A stretch of 64,000 nucleotides of DNA from Malacoraja senta (lineage: Eukaryota): assembly GCA_038087875.1 (NCBI GenBank), contig CM075989.1, forward strand, positions 22,632,001 to 22,696,000, written 5' to 3'. Every line of letters starts with the position of its first letter. Position 1 is the first letter of the stretch. The notes below the pieces were generated by a model. It saw only the letters and a list, made by a program, of their open reading frames with translations, searched no databases and was not told the origin of the DNA. Below, in pieces: positions 11,260 through 24,530 of this stretch. The position numbers were made by a program, and so were the translations under genes.

Positions 11260-11733
11260 GGCTCAGTGGCGCAGCGGTAGAGTTGCTGCCTTACAGCGCC
11301 AGATACCCGGGCGCACAGAGTTTGTACCTTCTCCCGTAACTGCGTGGGTTTTCTCCGAGTGCTCCGGTTTTCTCCCACATTCCAAAGACGTACAGGTTTG
11401 TAGGTTAAATGGCTTCAGTAAAAATTGTGTGTAGGATAGTGTTAGTGCACGGGGTGATTGCTGGTCGGCGCAGACTTGGTGGGCCGAAGGGCCTGTTTCC
11501 ACGCTCTATTGATCCCGACCATGGGTACTGTCTGTGTGGAGTTTGTGCGTTCTCCCCGTAACCATATGGCTTTTCTCCGGGTGCTCCGGTTTCCTCCTAT
11601 GCTCCAAAGACGTGCAGGCTTGTAGGTTAATTGACTTCTGTAAATTGTCATTAGTGTGTAGAACTGAACTGGTATACAGGTGATCGACGTGGACTGGGTG
11701 GGCCGAAGGGCCTGTTTCCACGGTGTATCTCTA
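11260..11733 (+). mobile_element. two tandem HE1-type SINE copies
   Basis: two V domains and two GGGCCGAAGGGCCTGTTTCC tails. Confidence 0.8.
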
Positions 11734-11984
11734 ACATGATGGCATCGGGTGAGAAAAGAATATTAGCCTCTTGTTACCTTCTTCAGGTGTCACCTGGACC
11801 AGCATCCCAGTGGGTCCCTCAGGTCCACCTAGATGTAGCTCAGAGCTGAGCATGAGGTCAACCCAACAGTCCGATAAATATGGAGGAAGGAACTGCAGAT
11901 GGTAGTTTACACTGAAGATAGACACAAAATGCTGGAGTAACCCAACGGGAAAGGCAGCATCTCTGCTGGAGAGAAGGAAACATT

Positions 11985-12350
11985 TCAACTTACCAAATAG
12001 TGAAAGGCCTGGATGGAGTGGATGTGGAGATGATGTTTCCACCAGTGGGAGAGCCTTGGCCACAAAACTGAGAATAAAAGAACATACCGGTGGAAAGTAG
12101 ATTAGGAGGAATTTCTTTAGTCAGAGGGTGGTGAATCTGTGGAATTCATTGCCACAGACGGCTGTGGAGGCCAAGTCAATGGATATTTCTAAGGCAGAGA
12201 TTGATGGATTCTTGATTAGTGCGGGTGTCAAGGGTTATGGAGAGAAAGCAGGAGAATGGGGTTGAGAGGGAAAGATAGATCAGCCATAATTGAATGGCGG
12301 AGTAGACTCGATGGGCCGAATGGCCTAATTCTGCTCCTATCACTTATGAA
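11985..12350 (+). mobile_element. CR1 3' fragment
   Basis: CAGAGGGTGGTGAATCTGTGGAATTC..GGCCGAATGGCCTAATTCTGCTCC. Confidence 0.8.
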
Positions 12351-12830
12351 CTGTACCGGCTGTGCCAGCGTGCGGCTATTGTCTCGATATGTAGTGGATA
12401 TTGATGAATGTTTTGACCTAGACCATGCCAGTCAGCTTTGTTAAACTGTGCCAGCTTGCGAGCGCCACCAAAGTGATAAATGTGATTAAGTATCGCTCAC
12501 ACCTCACGCTCCAGAATGTTCAGCCAGGGAAGTGCGGAGCTGACCTCAGGTTAATTAGTATTTAAATAGCGATTTGTGGATCTGACTCAGCCAGAGCAGG
12601 CTATCGTGCGGCCTTCAGTGACCACATTTGTCAGCATTTGTGGCCCACCCCAATTGTTCCAGCATTGAATTACTTTCAAAGGCTCGCCAGGGGTGGTTAT
12701 CCGTCACTCTAAAGCAAGTCTGGAGTCTCGTGAACAATATGGAGTCTAGATAAAAGGAATGGGTGACGTTTCGGGTCGAGACACTTTTTTCAGTCTGAAG
12801 AAGGGTCTCGTCCCGAAACAAGAGGAGTCG

Positions 12831-13622
12831 AATAGGAAGGCAGATTACTATCTAAATGGCGTCAAGTTGGGAAAAGGGGAAGTACAACGGTATCTGGGGG
12901 TCCTTGTACATCAGTCTATGAAAGTAAGCATGCACGTACAGCAGGCAGTGAAGAAAGCGAATGGCATGTTGACCTTCATAACAAGAGGAATCAAATATAG
13001 GAGCAAACAGGTCCTTCTGCAGTTGTACAGAGCCCTAATGAGACCACACCCGGAGTATTGTGTGCAGTTTAGATCGCCTAATTTGAGGAAGGACATTCTT
13101 GCTATTGAGGGAGTGCAGCATATGTTTACAAGGTTGATTCCCGGGATGGCGGGACTGTCATATGCTGAGAGAATGGAGCGGCTGGGCTTGTACACACTGG
13201 AGTTTAGAAGGAGAGGGGATCTCATTGAAAATTATAAGATTGTTAAGGGTTTGGACACGCTAGAGGCAGGAAACATGTTCCCGATGTTGGGGGAGTCCAG
13301 AACCAGGGGGCCACAGTTTAAGAATAAGGGATAAGCCATTTAGAACGGAGACGAGGAAACACTTTTTCCTCACAGAGAGTTGTGAGTCTGTGGAATTCTC
13401 TGCCTCAGAAGGCGGTGGAGGCCGGTTCTCTGGATGCTTTCAAGGGAGAGCTAGATAGGGCTCTTAAAAATAGCGGAGTCAGGGGATATGGGGAGAAGGC
13501 AGGAACGGGGTACTGATTGGGGATGATCAGCCATGATCACATTGAATGGCGGTGCTGGCTCGAAGGTCCGAATAGCCTACTCCTGCACCTATTGTCTATT
13601 GTCTATTGTCATATTGTCTATT
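12831..13622 (+). mobile_element. CR1 LINE 3' fragment nested in a PLE repeat
   Basis: ORF2 C-terminal motifs; (CTATTGT)n tail; PLE sequence on both sides (12745-12820, 13623-13810). Confidence 0.95.
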
Positions 13623-14176
13623 GAAATTGTCATATTCTCTCCAGAGATGCTGCCTGTCCCGCACAAATGTTGGAGTAACTCAGCGGGACAGGCAGCGTCT
13701 CTGGAGAGAAGGAACGGGTGATTTTTTTTCAGGTCGAGACCCTTCTTCAGACTGAGAGTCAGCGGAGAGGGAGGGGGAGATACAGAGATAAGGAAATGTA
13801 AAATGTGAGAACTCCCTTCCATTTACTCCATCTACACCTCATGCCCTCTCCACTGCTTGTGGCAGAGACTGCTTTAAACCATCTTCAGCAATAAAATGGA
13901 TGTACTGAGGATCGAGAGAAGAATGAAAATATCCTATGGTTAATACGCATTATGCTTTATTTTCTTTGCGATCCTGAAAAGTAACTGCAGTTTGCACCAC
14001 AAAGATCCAACAAGAAATAATTCAAACAGTCGGACAGGAAAGATTCCCTATTTCTTTCCATCAAAGATCAGATATCAGTAACGGATCCAGATACCACTTG
14101 GAATAGAGAATAAAATAATAAAATTGCCAGTGAACTGAAACGGGCACCAAAAATTTAACCAAATAATAGAAATCTA

Positions 14177-14200
14177 TTATTATTATTATTATTATTATTA
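14177..14200. repeat. (TTA)n microsatellite
   Basis: direct read. Confidence 0.9.
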
Positions 14201-14411
14201 TCCAAAGCATGGATAATTAAATAAATGAAATTATTATTATACTACAGCCATTAGTAATAGAGTTTTGGATTGATGAATTGAAAGATACAACATGGAAACA
14301 GGCCCTTCGGCCCTCCGAGCCCAGCCCAACCATCGATCACCTGTTTGCAGTAATTCCATGTTATTTCACTTTCACATAATGGTGTGGTGTTTGATGAGAC
14401 TAATTGTACAT

Positions 14412-14560
14412 AAGTGTAAGGAAGGAACTGCAGATGCTGGTTTACGCCAAAGATGGACATAAAATGCTGGAGTAACTCAGCAGATCAGGCAGCATCTCTG
14501 GATAGAAGGAATGGGTGACGTTTCAGGTTGAGACCGTCATCAGAAGGGTCTCGACCCAAA
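14412..14560 (-). mobile_element. PLE-derived element with 13-bp TSD
   Basis: ACTAATTGTACAT at 14399-14411 and 14561-14573. Confidence 0.8.
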
Positions 14561-14635
14561 ACTAATTGTACATTACTTGAATTCACCCTTGAAGTTTAAT
14601 TTTCCTCTGATGCTGGAACTGTTTGCCTGGTCAGG

Positions 14636-15098
14636 GGCACCACAGTGGTGCAGCGGTAGAGTTGCTGCCTTACAGAGCCGGGTGCTGTCTGTATGAAGCT
14701 TGTACCTTCTCCCTGTGAACTGTTTAAGTAGGAACTGCAGATGCTGGAAAATCGAAGGTAGACAAAAATGCTGGGGAAACTCAGCGGGTGCAGCAGCATC
14801 TATGGAGCGAAGGAAATAGGCAACGTTGCCTATTTCCTTCGCTCCATAGATGCTGCTGCACCCGCTGAATTTCCCCAGAATTTTTGTCTACCTCCCTGTG
14901 AACTGCGTGGGTTTTCTCTGGGAGCTCCGGTTCCCTCCTACACTCTAAAGACGTACAGGTTTGCCGGCTAATTGCCTTTGTAAATAATGTAATTTGTAAA
15001 TTGTCTCTCGTGTGCGTAGGATAGTGTTAGTGTGCGAGGATCATTGGCTGGTGGGCTGAAGGACCTGTTTCCGCGCTGTATCTCTTAACTAAACTAAA
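14636..15098 (+). mobile_element. HE1-type V-SINE interrupted by a PLE element
   Basis: V domain split at CTCCCTGTGAACTG. Confidence 0.8.
14721..14891. mobile_element. palindromic PLE-derived element
   Basis: inverted arms centred on GGCAAC|GTTGCC; TSD CTCCCTGTGAAC(TG). Confidence 0.85.
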
Positions 15099-16161
15099 TT
15101 CAATGTCAATCAATAAATTGCCCAGCTAACTAATAAGGGATGAAATTGTCTTTTGTTTTTATTACATATAATCGTGAGAATATTTGACATAACGTTCTAT
15201 ACTACAAGGGAAAGGGGACATGGTAGAAAATCAAAAATTATCAGATTAAATACATATATTTCGATATACGGTTTGCATTAGAACACACACAGCTATTGTA
15301 TTGAAGATACTTTTGAATAGGCACATGGACATGCAGGGAATGGATGGACATGGATAATATGCAGGCAGATATGAGTAGTTCTTGGCATCAGGTTCAGCAC
15401 AGACTTTATGGGCTGAAGGGCCTGTTCCTGTGCTATAATTCCTGTATATGGTTGAATGAGGCTCTCGTTCTTCTCAACAACAGGGAACAGAGGCCCAGAC
15501 CACATCATCTCTCCACACAAGACACTCTCGTCAACCCCTATCAATCTGGTGAATGTTTACTTCACTTCCTATAGAGTGACTGGGTTGTTTTTTTAGGTGA
15601 GGAGACCAACATTTTACATGGTATTCCAGGTGTGGTCTCAACAGGGCATTGCATAATTGCAGTAAGGCATCTTAAACTCTGGCGCTGAAATTGTCTCCAC
15701 AAGAAAAGCCCGCACACACCCACAGTTCGCTTTCCTAATTGCCTTCAACACCTGCATTTTATTGACCCGTCTTAGAGGATTTGCAAGCTGCATTGAACAT
15801 TAACAAAGACAGACACAAAGTGCTGGAGTAACACAGCGGGTCAGACAGCATCTCTGGAGAAAAAGAATGGGTGATGTTTCAGGATGGGACCCTTATTCAG
15901 TCTGAAAGTAGGGGTTTTGGGGGGGGGGGGGTTGAAGAAATGGGGGAGAGAAAAAAACTGAAACCGATCAAGGCTGGCCACAAATAACCTCAGACAGGAA
16001 ATCTTTCTCAGCCTCCTATCATTTTTTTAAAAACCAGAGTCTATGGTTCAGCTGTTCGTTTTACAGTGGGTAAATATATTTATGTGAAAATCCTTGCGAA
16101 TATGATGTTTTACATCACAGAATACATGGAAAGTAAATACAATGGTAAATTTGTTTTTTAT

Positions 16162-16380
16162 TGTGTAGGAAGGAACTGCAGATGCTGGTTTAGACACAAA
16201 AACTCAGCAGGACAGGCATCATCGCTGGAGATAAGGAATGGGTGACGTCTCAGGTCGAGACCCTTCATCAGACTGAGAGTCAGAGGAGAGGGAGAATAGA
16301 GATATGGAAGGGTGCAAAGAGCATGTCAGGTGTGAAAAGGACAGATAAAAGCAGACAATGCTCAAGGAAATGGAGAATGG
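16162..16380 (-). mobile_element. PLE 3' UTR and terminal repeat
   Basis: family body; degenerate CTGATGA core ~16244-16271. Confidence 0.7.
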
Positions 16381-16613
16381 AGAAAACCCACGCAGGTCAA
16401 GGGGAGTCCGTACAAACGGCGTCAGCATCAAACCCAGGTCTCCGGCGCTGCAAGCGCTGTAAGGCAGCAACTCTACTGTTACACCACCATGCCGCCCAAT
16501 TATTGGGCCTCTTAAATTTTAATCTGCAATACAACACACACCCAGGCTTCAATGGCAATATGATTTAAGAATTTTCCAATTAATTTATTGTTTGTTTTAA
16601 TAAAGTAAAATAA

Positions 16614-16860
16614 AGCCCTGTCCCACTTGTACGACCTAATTGCCGACCTCTGCCGAGTTTGCTCTTGACTCATACTAGCAGCATGGTGGCCACGAGGTCG
16701 TAGGAGGTCGTGGGAGGTCTTCGTAACTCTTCCTCATGCTCGTGAGTGGTCTCCGCGTACTCGTGGCCTCAAGTTGGTTGCGGCGTTTTTTCCAACCTGA
16801 TAAAAAAATGTCCACGAGTAAAAAACGGTCGGCATAGGTCGTCCACGTGGGACAGGGGCA
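16614..16860. mobile_element. PIF/Harbinger-type MITE
   Basis: TIR AGCCCTGTCCCAC..GTGGGACAGGG; TAA on both flanks. Confidence 0.8.
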
Positions 16861-16874
16861 TAATGTAATTGTAA

Positions 16875-17255
16875 GTGCGTAGGAAGGAACTGCAGATGCT
16901 GGTTTACTCCGAAGATAGATACAATTCAGCGGGACAGGCAGCATCTCTGGAGAGAAGGAATGGGTGACATCTCGGATCGAGACCCTTCTTCAGACTGATT
17001 CATCACCCATTCCTTCTCTCCAGAGATGCTGCCTGTCCCGCTGAGTTACTCCAGCTTTTTGTGTCCACCTTCTGTTTAAACCAGCATCTGCAGTTCCTTC
17101 CTCGCACATGGTTCATTGTTGGCTGAGGGGAAGGTGACAACGAGGCGTCCAAACAGTAACATTAATCAGGAGGACAGTGAAACTAGTTTGAGAACTCGGG
17201 TGAGGAAGGGACAGGGAGAGAGAGAGAGAGGGAAGGCAAGGGTTACTTGAAGTTA
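16875..17255. mobile_element. PLE-derived inverted element plus PLE 3' UTR fragment
   Basis: inverted arms 16875-17108; minus-strand AAC TTC AAG TAA (NFK*) near 17243-17254 resembles the PLE ORF end at 31336. Confidence 0.7.
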
Positions 17256-17559
17256 ATTATAAGGCTGCTGTGTCCTGCATCTCACAGTTCCAGCATGTTG
17301 TTTTTCTCTCTTCACTATCCTCAGCCATCACCCTCCATTCACACCTCCTTCAGACAGTTTGGCTGCAATTATTCAGCACTCGTCATCTGCACTCAGACAA
17401 TGATGACAGCACTGGTCTCACCTCCACAGCCTTCAAATCCATCTTCTCAATCCCATCCCACTGCTCTCATCTATCTGCCCTGAACAATGATCACTGCCCG
17501 GTCCACCACGGGTACTGACCTCCCCACCGTCGAAGGGATCTACAGGAATCGCACTATTA

Positions 17560-17796
17560 TTACAGCGCCAGAGACCCGGGTTCGATCCTGACTACGGGTG
17601 CTGTCTGTACGGAGTTTGTACGTTCTCCCCGTGACCTGCGTGGGTTTTCTCAGGGTGACGTACAGGTTTGTTGGTTAATTGGTTTGGTATTATTGTAAAT
17701 TGTCCCTAGTGTGCGTAGGGTAGCATTAGTACTGGTCAGTGCGGACCCGGTGGGCGAAGGGCCTGTTTCTGCGCTGTATCTCTAAACTAAACTAAA
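17560..17796 (+). mobile_element. HE1-type V-SINE
   Basis: B box, partial V domain, tail. Confidence 0.85.
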
Positions 17797-17926
17797 TCTA
17801 AGATAGACACAAAAAGCTGGAGTAACTCAGTGGGACAGGCAGCATCCTCTCTGGGGAAAAGGAATGGGTGACGTTTCGGGTCAGAGCCTCTTCAGAATCT
17901 AAACTAAATCTACCTCTCTTGGTATC

Positions 17927-18126
17927 NNNNNNNNNNNNNNNNNNNNNNNNNNNNNNNNNNNNNNNNNNNNNNNNNNNNNNNNNNNNNNNNNNNNNNNNNN
18001 NNNNNNNNNNNNNNNNNNNNNNNNNNNNNNNNNNNNNNNNNNNNNNNNNNNNNNNNNNNNNNNNNNNNNNNNNNNNNNNNNNNNNNNNNNNNNNNNNNNN
18101 NNNNNNNNNNNNNNNNNNNNNNNNNN
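17927..18126. other. assembly gap (200 N)
   Basis: run of N. Confidence 1.
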
Positions 18127-18174
18127 AAATGATCCCTTTGGCTAAGAGATGCAATTTGTTGGCTTTGCTTACAG

Positions 18175-18265
18175 CAGAGATTCGGAACAGGAACCGCATT
18201 ACCATCTTGCTCCCACCTACTGTCATATTATCAGAGATGAATTACAAGCACATGTGAGGTGGGAA
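18175..18265 (+). CDS. candidate internal coding exon of an unidentified host gene
   Basis: acceptor TTGTTGGCTTTGCTTACAG; open frame RDSEQEPHYHLAPTYCHIIRDELQAHVRWE; donor GTAAGA at 18266 (alternative GTGGGA at 18259). Confidence 0.4.
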
Positions 18266-19198
18266 GTAAGAACTGAACTTCAAGTCAACACCCTCAGGGG
18301 TACACAACGCCGCAATAATCTTTGTTTTACCGACACATAATCTTGCAATATTAATAAAAATACCAGTGGCTGGCTATACGTGGAGAAGGCCATTTTTTCT
18401 CTCTACTAAGTTACACTTGGCATGCCCAAGGGCAGATGTAAGCTCATGTCTATCTCAGTAATTATAGTGGGAATAGTAAAATGAACTAAAACATGCCAAT
18501 ATAATCTAAACCTTGCACTGCAAATCTGTTTGAAGATCCGAGAATCTGGATCATTTCATGCAAATATGTCCATTGACAAAAAAAAATAGAATATCTAATA
18601 CGATCAAACCACTCATTAGATACATCTGAATAAATGTCCAAGTTTTTAAAATTGTATTGCATTTTTGTTCATTAGATTTATTATTTTTTTATTAAATTCA
18701 CGCTTTACACTCAATCCTCCACAGTGTTCTCAATTTTTAGCTTGGTAACAAATGAAAAAAATCATACTATTAGTTTAGATAATAATTTAACACATTAAAT
18801 TATTACAAAAATATTACATTAAATAGATTAAGAATCTGATAATTAAAATTTGACCTTGGTCACTATAAAACGCAATCTGAAGAATGTTTGAGGTAGGTCG
18901 TGCCCCAAAAACGTCACCCCCTCCTTTTTCTCCGGAGATGCTGCCTGACCCGCTGAGTTACTCCAGCACTTTGTGTCTATCTTTGGTATAAACCAGCACC
19001 TGCAGTTATTTGTCTCTACATTTATACGGCAGGACTTATATGGCAGATGGTGAGTGTTGCAGGACAGAGAGATCGATGAGTACAGGTGCACGGTTCCCCT
19101 TAACGTCACTAGTCAGGTCGACAGTACGGTCAGGAAGATAGACACAAATGCTGGAGTAACTCAGCGGGACAGGCAGCATCTATGAGAGAAGGAATAGG

Positions 19199-19226
19199 GA
19201 CGTTTCGGGTCAAGACCCTTCTTCAG
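19199..19226 (-). ncRNA. minimal hammerhead ribozyme motif within PLE element 19132-19228
   Basis: CTGAAGA-A-GGGTC-TT-GACCC-GAAAC-GTC. Confidence 0.65.
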
Positions 19227-19464
19227 ATGCAGTTGTACAAGTCGTCGGTGAGACCACTCTTGGAGCACTGTATGCAGTTCAGGGCTCCCAGCTACAGGAA
19301 GGATGTTATTATGTTGGAAAGGGTGCAAAAGAGACTTATAATTAAGATTGAAACTTGCTCGCTGTAATGGGTTCCATTCTTTGGGAATGCAGCGAGTGGC
19401 TGGAGATCAAGACCACTCTTTGATAAACAATGCTGCAGTGAGGACTTTCATCTGGACATGATTC

Positions 19465-19890
19465 AAGATTCAAGAGAGTTCAAGAGAGTTTATTGTCATG
19501 TGTCCCTGATAGGACAATGAAATTCTTGCTTTGCTTCAGCACAACAGAACATAGTAGGCATTGACTACAAAACAGATCAGTGTGTCCATATACCATTATA
19601 TAAATATATACACACATCAATAAATAAACAGATAAAGTGCAAATAAACAGATAATGGGCTATTAATGTTCAGAGTTTTGTATGAGTTGAGTTTAATAGCC
19701 TGATGGCTGTGGGGAAGTAGCTATTCCTGAACCTGGACGTTGCAGTCTTCAGGCTCCTGTATCTTCTACCTGAAGGTAGCGGGGAGATGAGTGTGTGGCC
19801 AGGATGGTGTGGGTCCTTGATGATGCTGCCAGCCTTTTTGAGGCAGCGACTGCGATAGATCCCCTCGATGGTAGGGAGGTCAGAGCCGAT
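19465..19890 (-). mobile_element. Rex1/Babar 3' fragment
   Basis: IIGSDLPTIEGIY..DPHHPGH..LPSGRRYRSL; CTCTTGAA-type tail. Confidence 0.85.
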
Positions 19891-20339
19891 GATAAACAAC
19901 CTTTTCAAATATTAGAGAGTCGTGAAGTTATCTGAGCGGGTTTTTAAAATTGGATGATGATTGAAAGATAGAGTACGGAAACACACCGATCACCTCTTCT
20001 CACTAGTTTTACATCAGCCCATTTTCATGTTCGATACAATACAACTTTATTTATCCCAGGAGGGAAATTGATCTGCCAAAGTCACAAAACATAACAGGGT
20101 ACATGAAACATGAAATTAAAGTGCCCAGTGAAAGTCCAGGATTGGGATGTGCAAAGATTGGAAGCGGGGTGGGGGGTGGGGGGGGGGGGGGGGGGGTGGA
20201 GGGAGGAAGTCAGTCTACGCGTCAACAGAAGGGGGAGGAATTGTACAGTTTGATAGCCACAGGGAGAAAAGGATCTCCTGTGGTGTTCTGTGCTGCATCT
20301 TGGTAGAACCAGTCTGTTGCTGAAGGTGCTCCTCAGGAT

Positions 20340-20652
20340 TAGTTTGGTTTAGAGATAAAGCGCGGAAACAGGCCCTTCAGCCCACCGGGTCCATGCCGAC
20401 CAGTGATCCCCGCTCGTTAACATTATCCTACACACACCAGGGACAATTTTTACATTTATACCAGCCAATTAACCTACAAACCTGTAGTCTTTGGAGTGTG
20501 GGAGGAAACCGAAGATCTCGGAGAAAACTCACGCTGGTCACGGGGAGAACGTACAGACTCCGTGCAGACAGAACCCGTAGTCGGGATCGAACCCGGGTCT
20601 CCGGCGCTGCATTTGCTGCAAGGCAGCAACTCTACCGCTGCGCCACAGTGAC
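20340..20652 (-). mobile_element. HE1-type V-SINE, full length
   Basis: reverse-complement A/B boxes, V domain, tail. Confidence 0.9.
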
Positions 20653-20709
20653 CAGTGCGTCATAGAGGGTGTGTGCTGTATTGTCCAAGATGCCCCCCAG
20701 TCTGCCCAC

Positions 20710-20921
20710 TCCACACCCTACACACTCAGGGTAATTTACAGAGGCCAAGAAACCCGCACGTCTTAAGGATGCGGGGCGGGGGAAACCGGAGCACCCGGTG
20801 GGAAGCCACGCGGACGCAGGAGAACGTGCAAACTCCGCACAAACAGCGCCTGTGGTCAGGATCGAACCCAGGTCTCCGGCGCTGTGAGACAGCGGGCTCT
20901 ATCGTGGAGCCACTGTGCCGC
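20710..20921 (-). mobile_element. diverged HE1-type V-SINE
   Basis: GGATCGAACCC B box, V domain. Confidence 0.7.
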
Positions 20922-21573
20922 CCACCATCAAGGAAAGTGAGCAGAGTTTTTCAAGTGATGATTTTTCAAATTATTATCAGACAAATTAACGTAGTAGCAA
21001 TAACAGGACCACTGATTTATGGTGACTTAATAATTCAAATTCCATTTTTATTACTTGGTATTCAGAGAGTTTTAGTGGCGTTTCGGGGACTGCATTCTAC
21101 ATGCCATCCAGGTATAATTACACCTATTGGTGCACAGAGGCAGGGCAAGTCAAATTCCATTTTTATTACTGAGGATTATAGGTTTTGCTGGGATCTTCAA
21201 TGCAGTTATGGGAATAGTATTCTGTGATTTTGGTATTTTATTATTCCTCAAAAGCAAAACGCAACTCGTTGATTATGAGTGATTCTGTTGGGTTCCAGCA
21301 ATGTTCAGGGGCATTGCTAGAAGCCAGCAGGAAGGTTGCAGTTAATTAATGGCTGTTGGAGCTCATTATCTAAACTTTCCCAACTCCACAAGCAGTCATG
21401 TTGGTCTCAATTTCTTTTGACTGCAGAGAGACAGCGTGGAAACAGGACCTTCAGCCCACCGAGTCCGCGCCGATCAACGATCCCCATACATTACTTCCAT
21501 CTTAAACTTAAGGGACAATTTGAGTTTGAGTTTAGTCTATTGTCACGTGTACCGAGGTACAGTGAAAAACTTT

Positions 21574-22101
21574 TAGAAACATAGAAAATAGATGCAGGAG
21601 GCCATTCGGCCCTTCGAGCCAGCACCGCCATTCATTGTGATCATGGCTGATCGTCCCCAATCAATAACCCGTGCCTGCCTTCTCCCCATTCCCTTGATTC
21701 CACCAGCCCCTAGAGCTCTATCTAACTCTCTCTTAAATCCATCCAGTGATTTGGCCTCCACTGCCCTCTGTGGCAGGGAATTCCACAAATTCACAACTCC
21801 CTGGGTGAAAAAGTTTTTTCTCACCTCAGTCTTAAATGGCCTCCCCTTTATTCTAAGACTGTGGCCCTGGTTCTGGACTCGCCCAACATTGGGAACATTT
21901 TTTCCTGCATCTAGCTTGTCCAGTCCTTTTATAATTTGATAGGTTTCTATAAGATATCCCCTCATCCTAAACTCCAGTGAATACAAGCCTAGTCTTTTCA
22001 ATCATTCCTCTATGACAGTCCCGCCATCCCAGCGATCAATCTCGTGAACCTACGCTGCACTGCCTCAATCACAAGGATGTCCTTCCTCAAATTAGGAGAC
22101 C
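21574..22101 (-). mobile_element. CR1 3' fragment nested in a Rex1/Babar tail (21520-22380)
   Basis: LGLYSLEFR..FFTQGVVNLWNSLP; host tail resumes after 22101. Confidence 0.9.
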
Positions 22102-23984
22102 ATTTGTGGCATGCTCATCAGTCAGCGGAAAGACAATACATGATTACAATTGAGCCGTCCACAGTGTATAGATACAGGATAAAGGGAATAACGAGAATGA
22201 CATTTAGTGCAAGATAAAGCCAGTAAAGTCCAATCAAAGATTGTGCGAGGGTTTCGCTGAGTAAGATAGGACTGCTCTCTAGTCGTGGTTGGATGGTTCA
22301 GTTGTCTGATGACAGCTGGGAAGAAACTGTCCCCGAATCTGGAGGTGTGCGTTTTTCACACTTCAGTACCTCTTGCCTGAAGTCAATTAGAATAAGCCAA
22401 TAAACCCAAACAATTGAATCATTGACTGATTGAAAGATACAGCATGAAAAGAGGCTCCTTCAACCCACGCTGCCCATCCATCTCCCGTTCACACAAACTC
22501 CAAATAATGCATAACCTCAAGAATTGAGGCCAGACCATTGAGGGGTCAAAGCAAGGCGCACATCCCTCAAAGAGAAATAGATAGCATTCTGTCCAAAATC
22601 TAGGGTGGGGAATCCGTGGAATTCTTTGCCACACACGACAGTGGAGGCCAAGTCAGTGGGTATTTTTAAAGCAGACATTTAGACATCAAGGCTCTTGATT
22701 AGTGCTGGTGTCAAGGGGTTACGGGGAGAAGGCAGGAGAAAGGGGTTGAGAGGGAAAGATAAGATCAGCCATGATTGGATGTCAGAGTAGACTCAATGGG
22801 CTGAATTACCTAATTCTGCTCCTATGATCTGATGAAAACTATGCCCTCTAATCTTTGACATGTGTGACTGGAGGGAGAATGGGGAGGCAAAGGTGTTCCC
22901 AAATACCACCTGCCTCTTGCCGTTCAGAGTGGCAGCTGGAAGTTTGGTTAGAAACATAGAAAATAGATGCGGGAGCAGTCCATTCGGCCCCTCGAGCACG
23001 CACCGCCATTCAACATGATCATGGCTGATCATCCAAAAATCAGTACCCCGTTCCTGCTTCCTCCCCACATCCCTCGATTCAGTTAGCCCCAAGACCTATG
23101 GTTGGGGTGCAGCAAACAAAAACATCTCAGTGACCAACTTCAGAGTTTTCAACCAAAGCCTTTTGGCTTCCTCTGGTGTCTTTATCTGCAATGTTTTCAA
23201 GAGAGAGTTAGATTTAGCTCTTAGGACTAAAGGAATCAAGGGATATGGGGAAAAAGCCGGAACGGGGTACTGATTTTAGATGATCAGCCACGATCATATT
23301 GAATGGCGGTGCTGGCTCGAAGGGCCGAATGGACTACTCCTGCACCTATTTTTCTATGTTTCTAATGCTGTACATGGTATGCACTTCTCAAGTCCAGCGT
23401 AACCGCCAGAAATGAAATAAAACGTGGCTACAATCTTAAAAGAGGAAAAAAATATAGAAGTATATTCAAAGAAAATATCCTTTCTTCTGCGAAAGGAGGC
23501 TGCAGGTGGCGTTCACAAGAGGGTTTCTGCGTGGGTTGCAATGAAAGGACCAGAGGCTCCCGAGAGGCTCAAGGTCAGATTATGAACAGACATCCAGGCA
23601 TGTCAGAGTTTTCCTGGTGCAGATTTCAAAGTTAACTTTGTAGCCATTTATTCAGTTTAACCTCCAGACCTTCCCCCCCCCCCCCCCCCCCCCAACTTCT
23701 CCCGCTTTTACCAAAACATTGTCGGTGTTATAGAAAGAGGAGGAAAGCTGTTACAGATTAATAAACATCTCCAGGATCACAAATCCCACCAGAAACCCTG
23801 CTGTCTGAATGGAGAGATGCGAGGTTTGGGGGGAGCAGGTGCAAGGATGGGACGAATGTGGTCTTTCACCCAGAGTAGGGGCATAAAGGGAGCCACTAAA
23901 TGCCAGCGTAACTCAGCGGGACAAGCAGCATCTCCGGATAGAAGGAATGGGTGACGTTTCGGGTCAAAGATTCTTAAAGAACCA

Positions 23985-24295
23985 GAGGATGTAGGTTCAA
24001 GGTGAAGGGGGGCGGGAGGGGGGGGGGGAGATTTAATAAGAATCCGAGGGGCAAATATAAAAAAAAACATTTTGCTAAAGGAGGTGGCTATATGGAACAA
24101 GCTACCAGAGGGGGTAGCTGAGGCAGGTACCATCATAACGTTTAAGAATATTATGGACAGCTACATGGATAGGACAGGTTTGGACAGATATGGGCCAATA
24201 CATACGCAGGCAGGTGGACTAGTGTAGATGGGCCATATTGGTCGGCATGGGCAGATGGGCCGAAGGGCCTTTTTCCACGCTGTATGACTCCATGT
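23985..24295 (+). mobile_element. CR1 (HER1-type) 3' fragment
   Basis: 3' end GGGCCGAAGGGCCT..TGTATGACTC, shared with the SINE tails. Confidence 0.7.
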
Positions 24296-24530
24296 ACATT
24301 TATGATTTGATATTACTAACAAAGTGCTGCCTTATTCACTCCAAGGTAAATACTTGATGATAGAATATAATCTTCCCATAAAACAAGAGCAAAAACAATT
24401 ACCTGTACCCAAGGCACTGAGAATTAAGTCTGTGGTGACAACTTATGTCAATTCTATTATCACCTTTAAAATATCATCAGATAAATGTCGTGATATTTTA
24501 CTTTACGACTCTTTGGGCAGCACGTTGACG

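Noticed and set aside
17798..18257. ORFs spanning the N run
   Set aside because: Artefacts of translating through a 200-N gap
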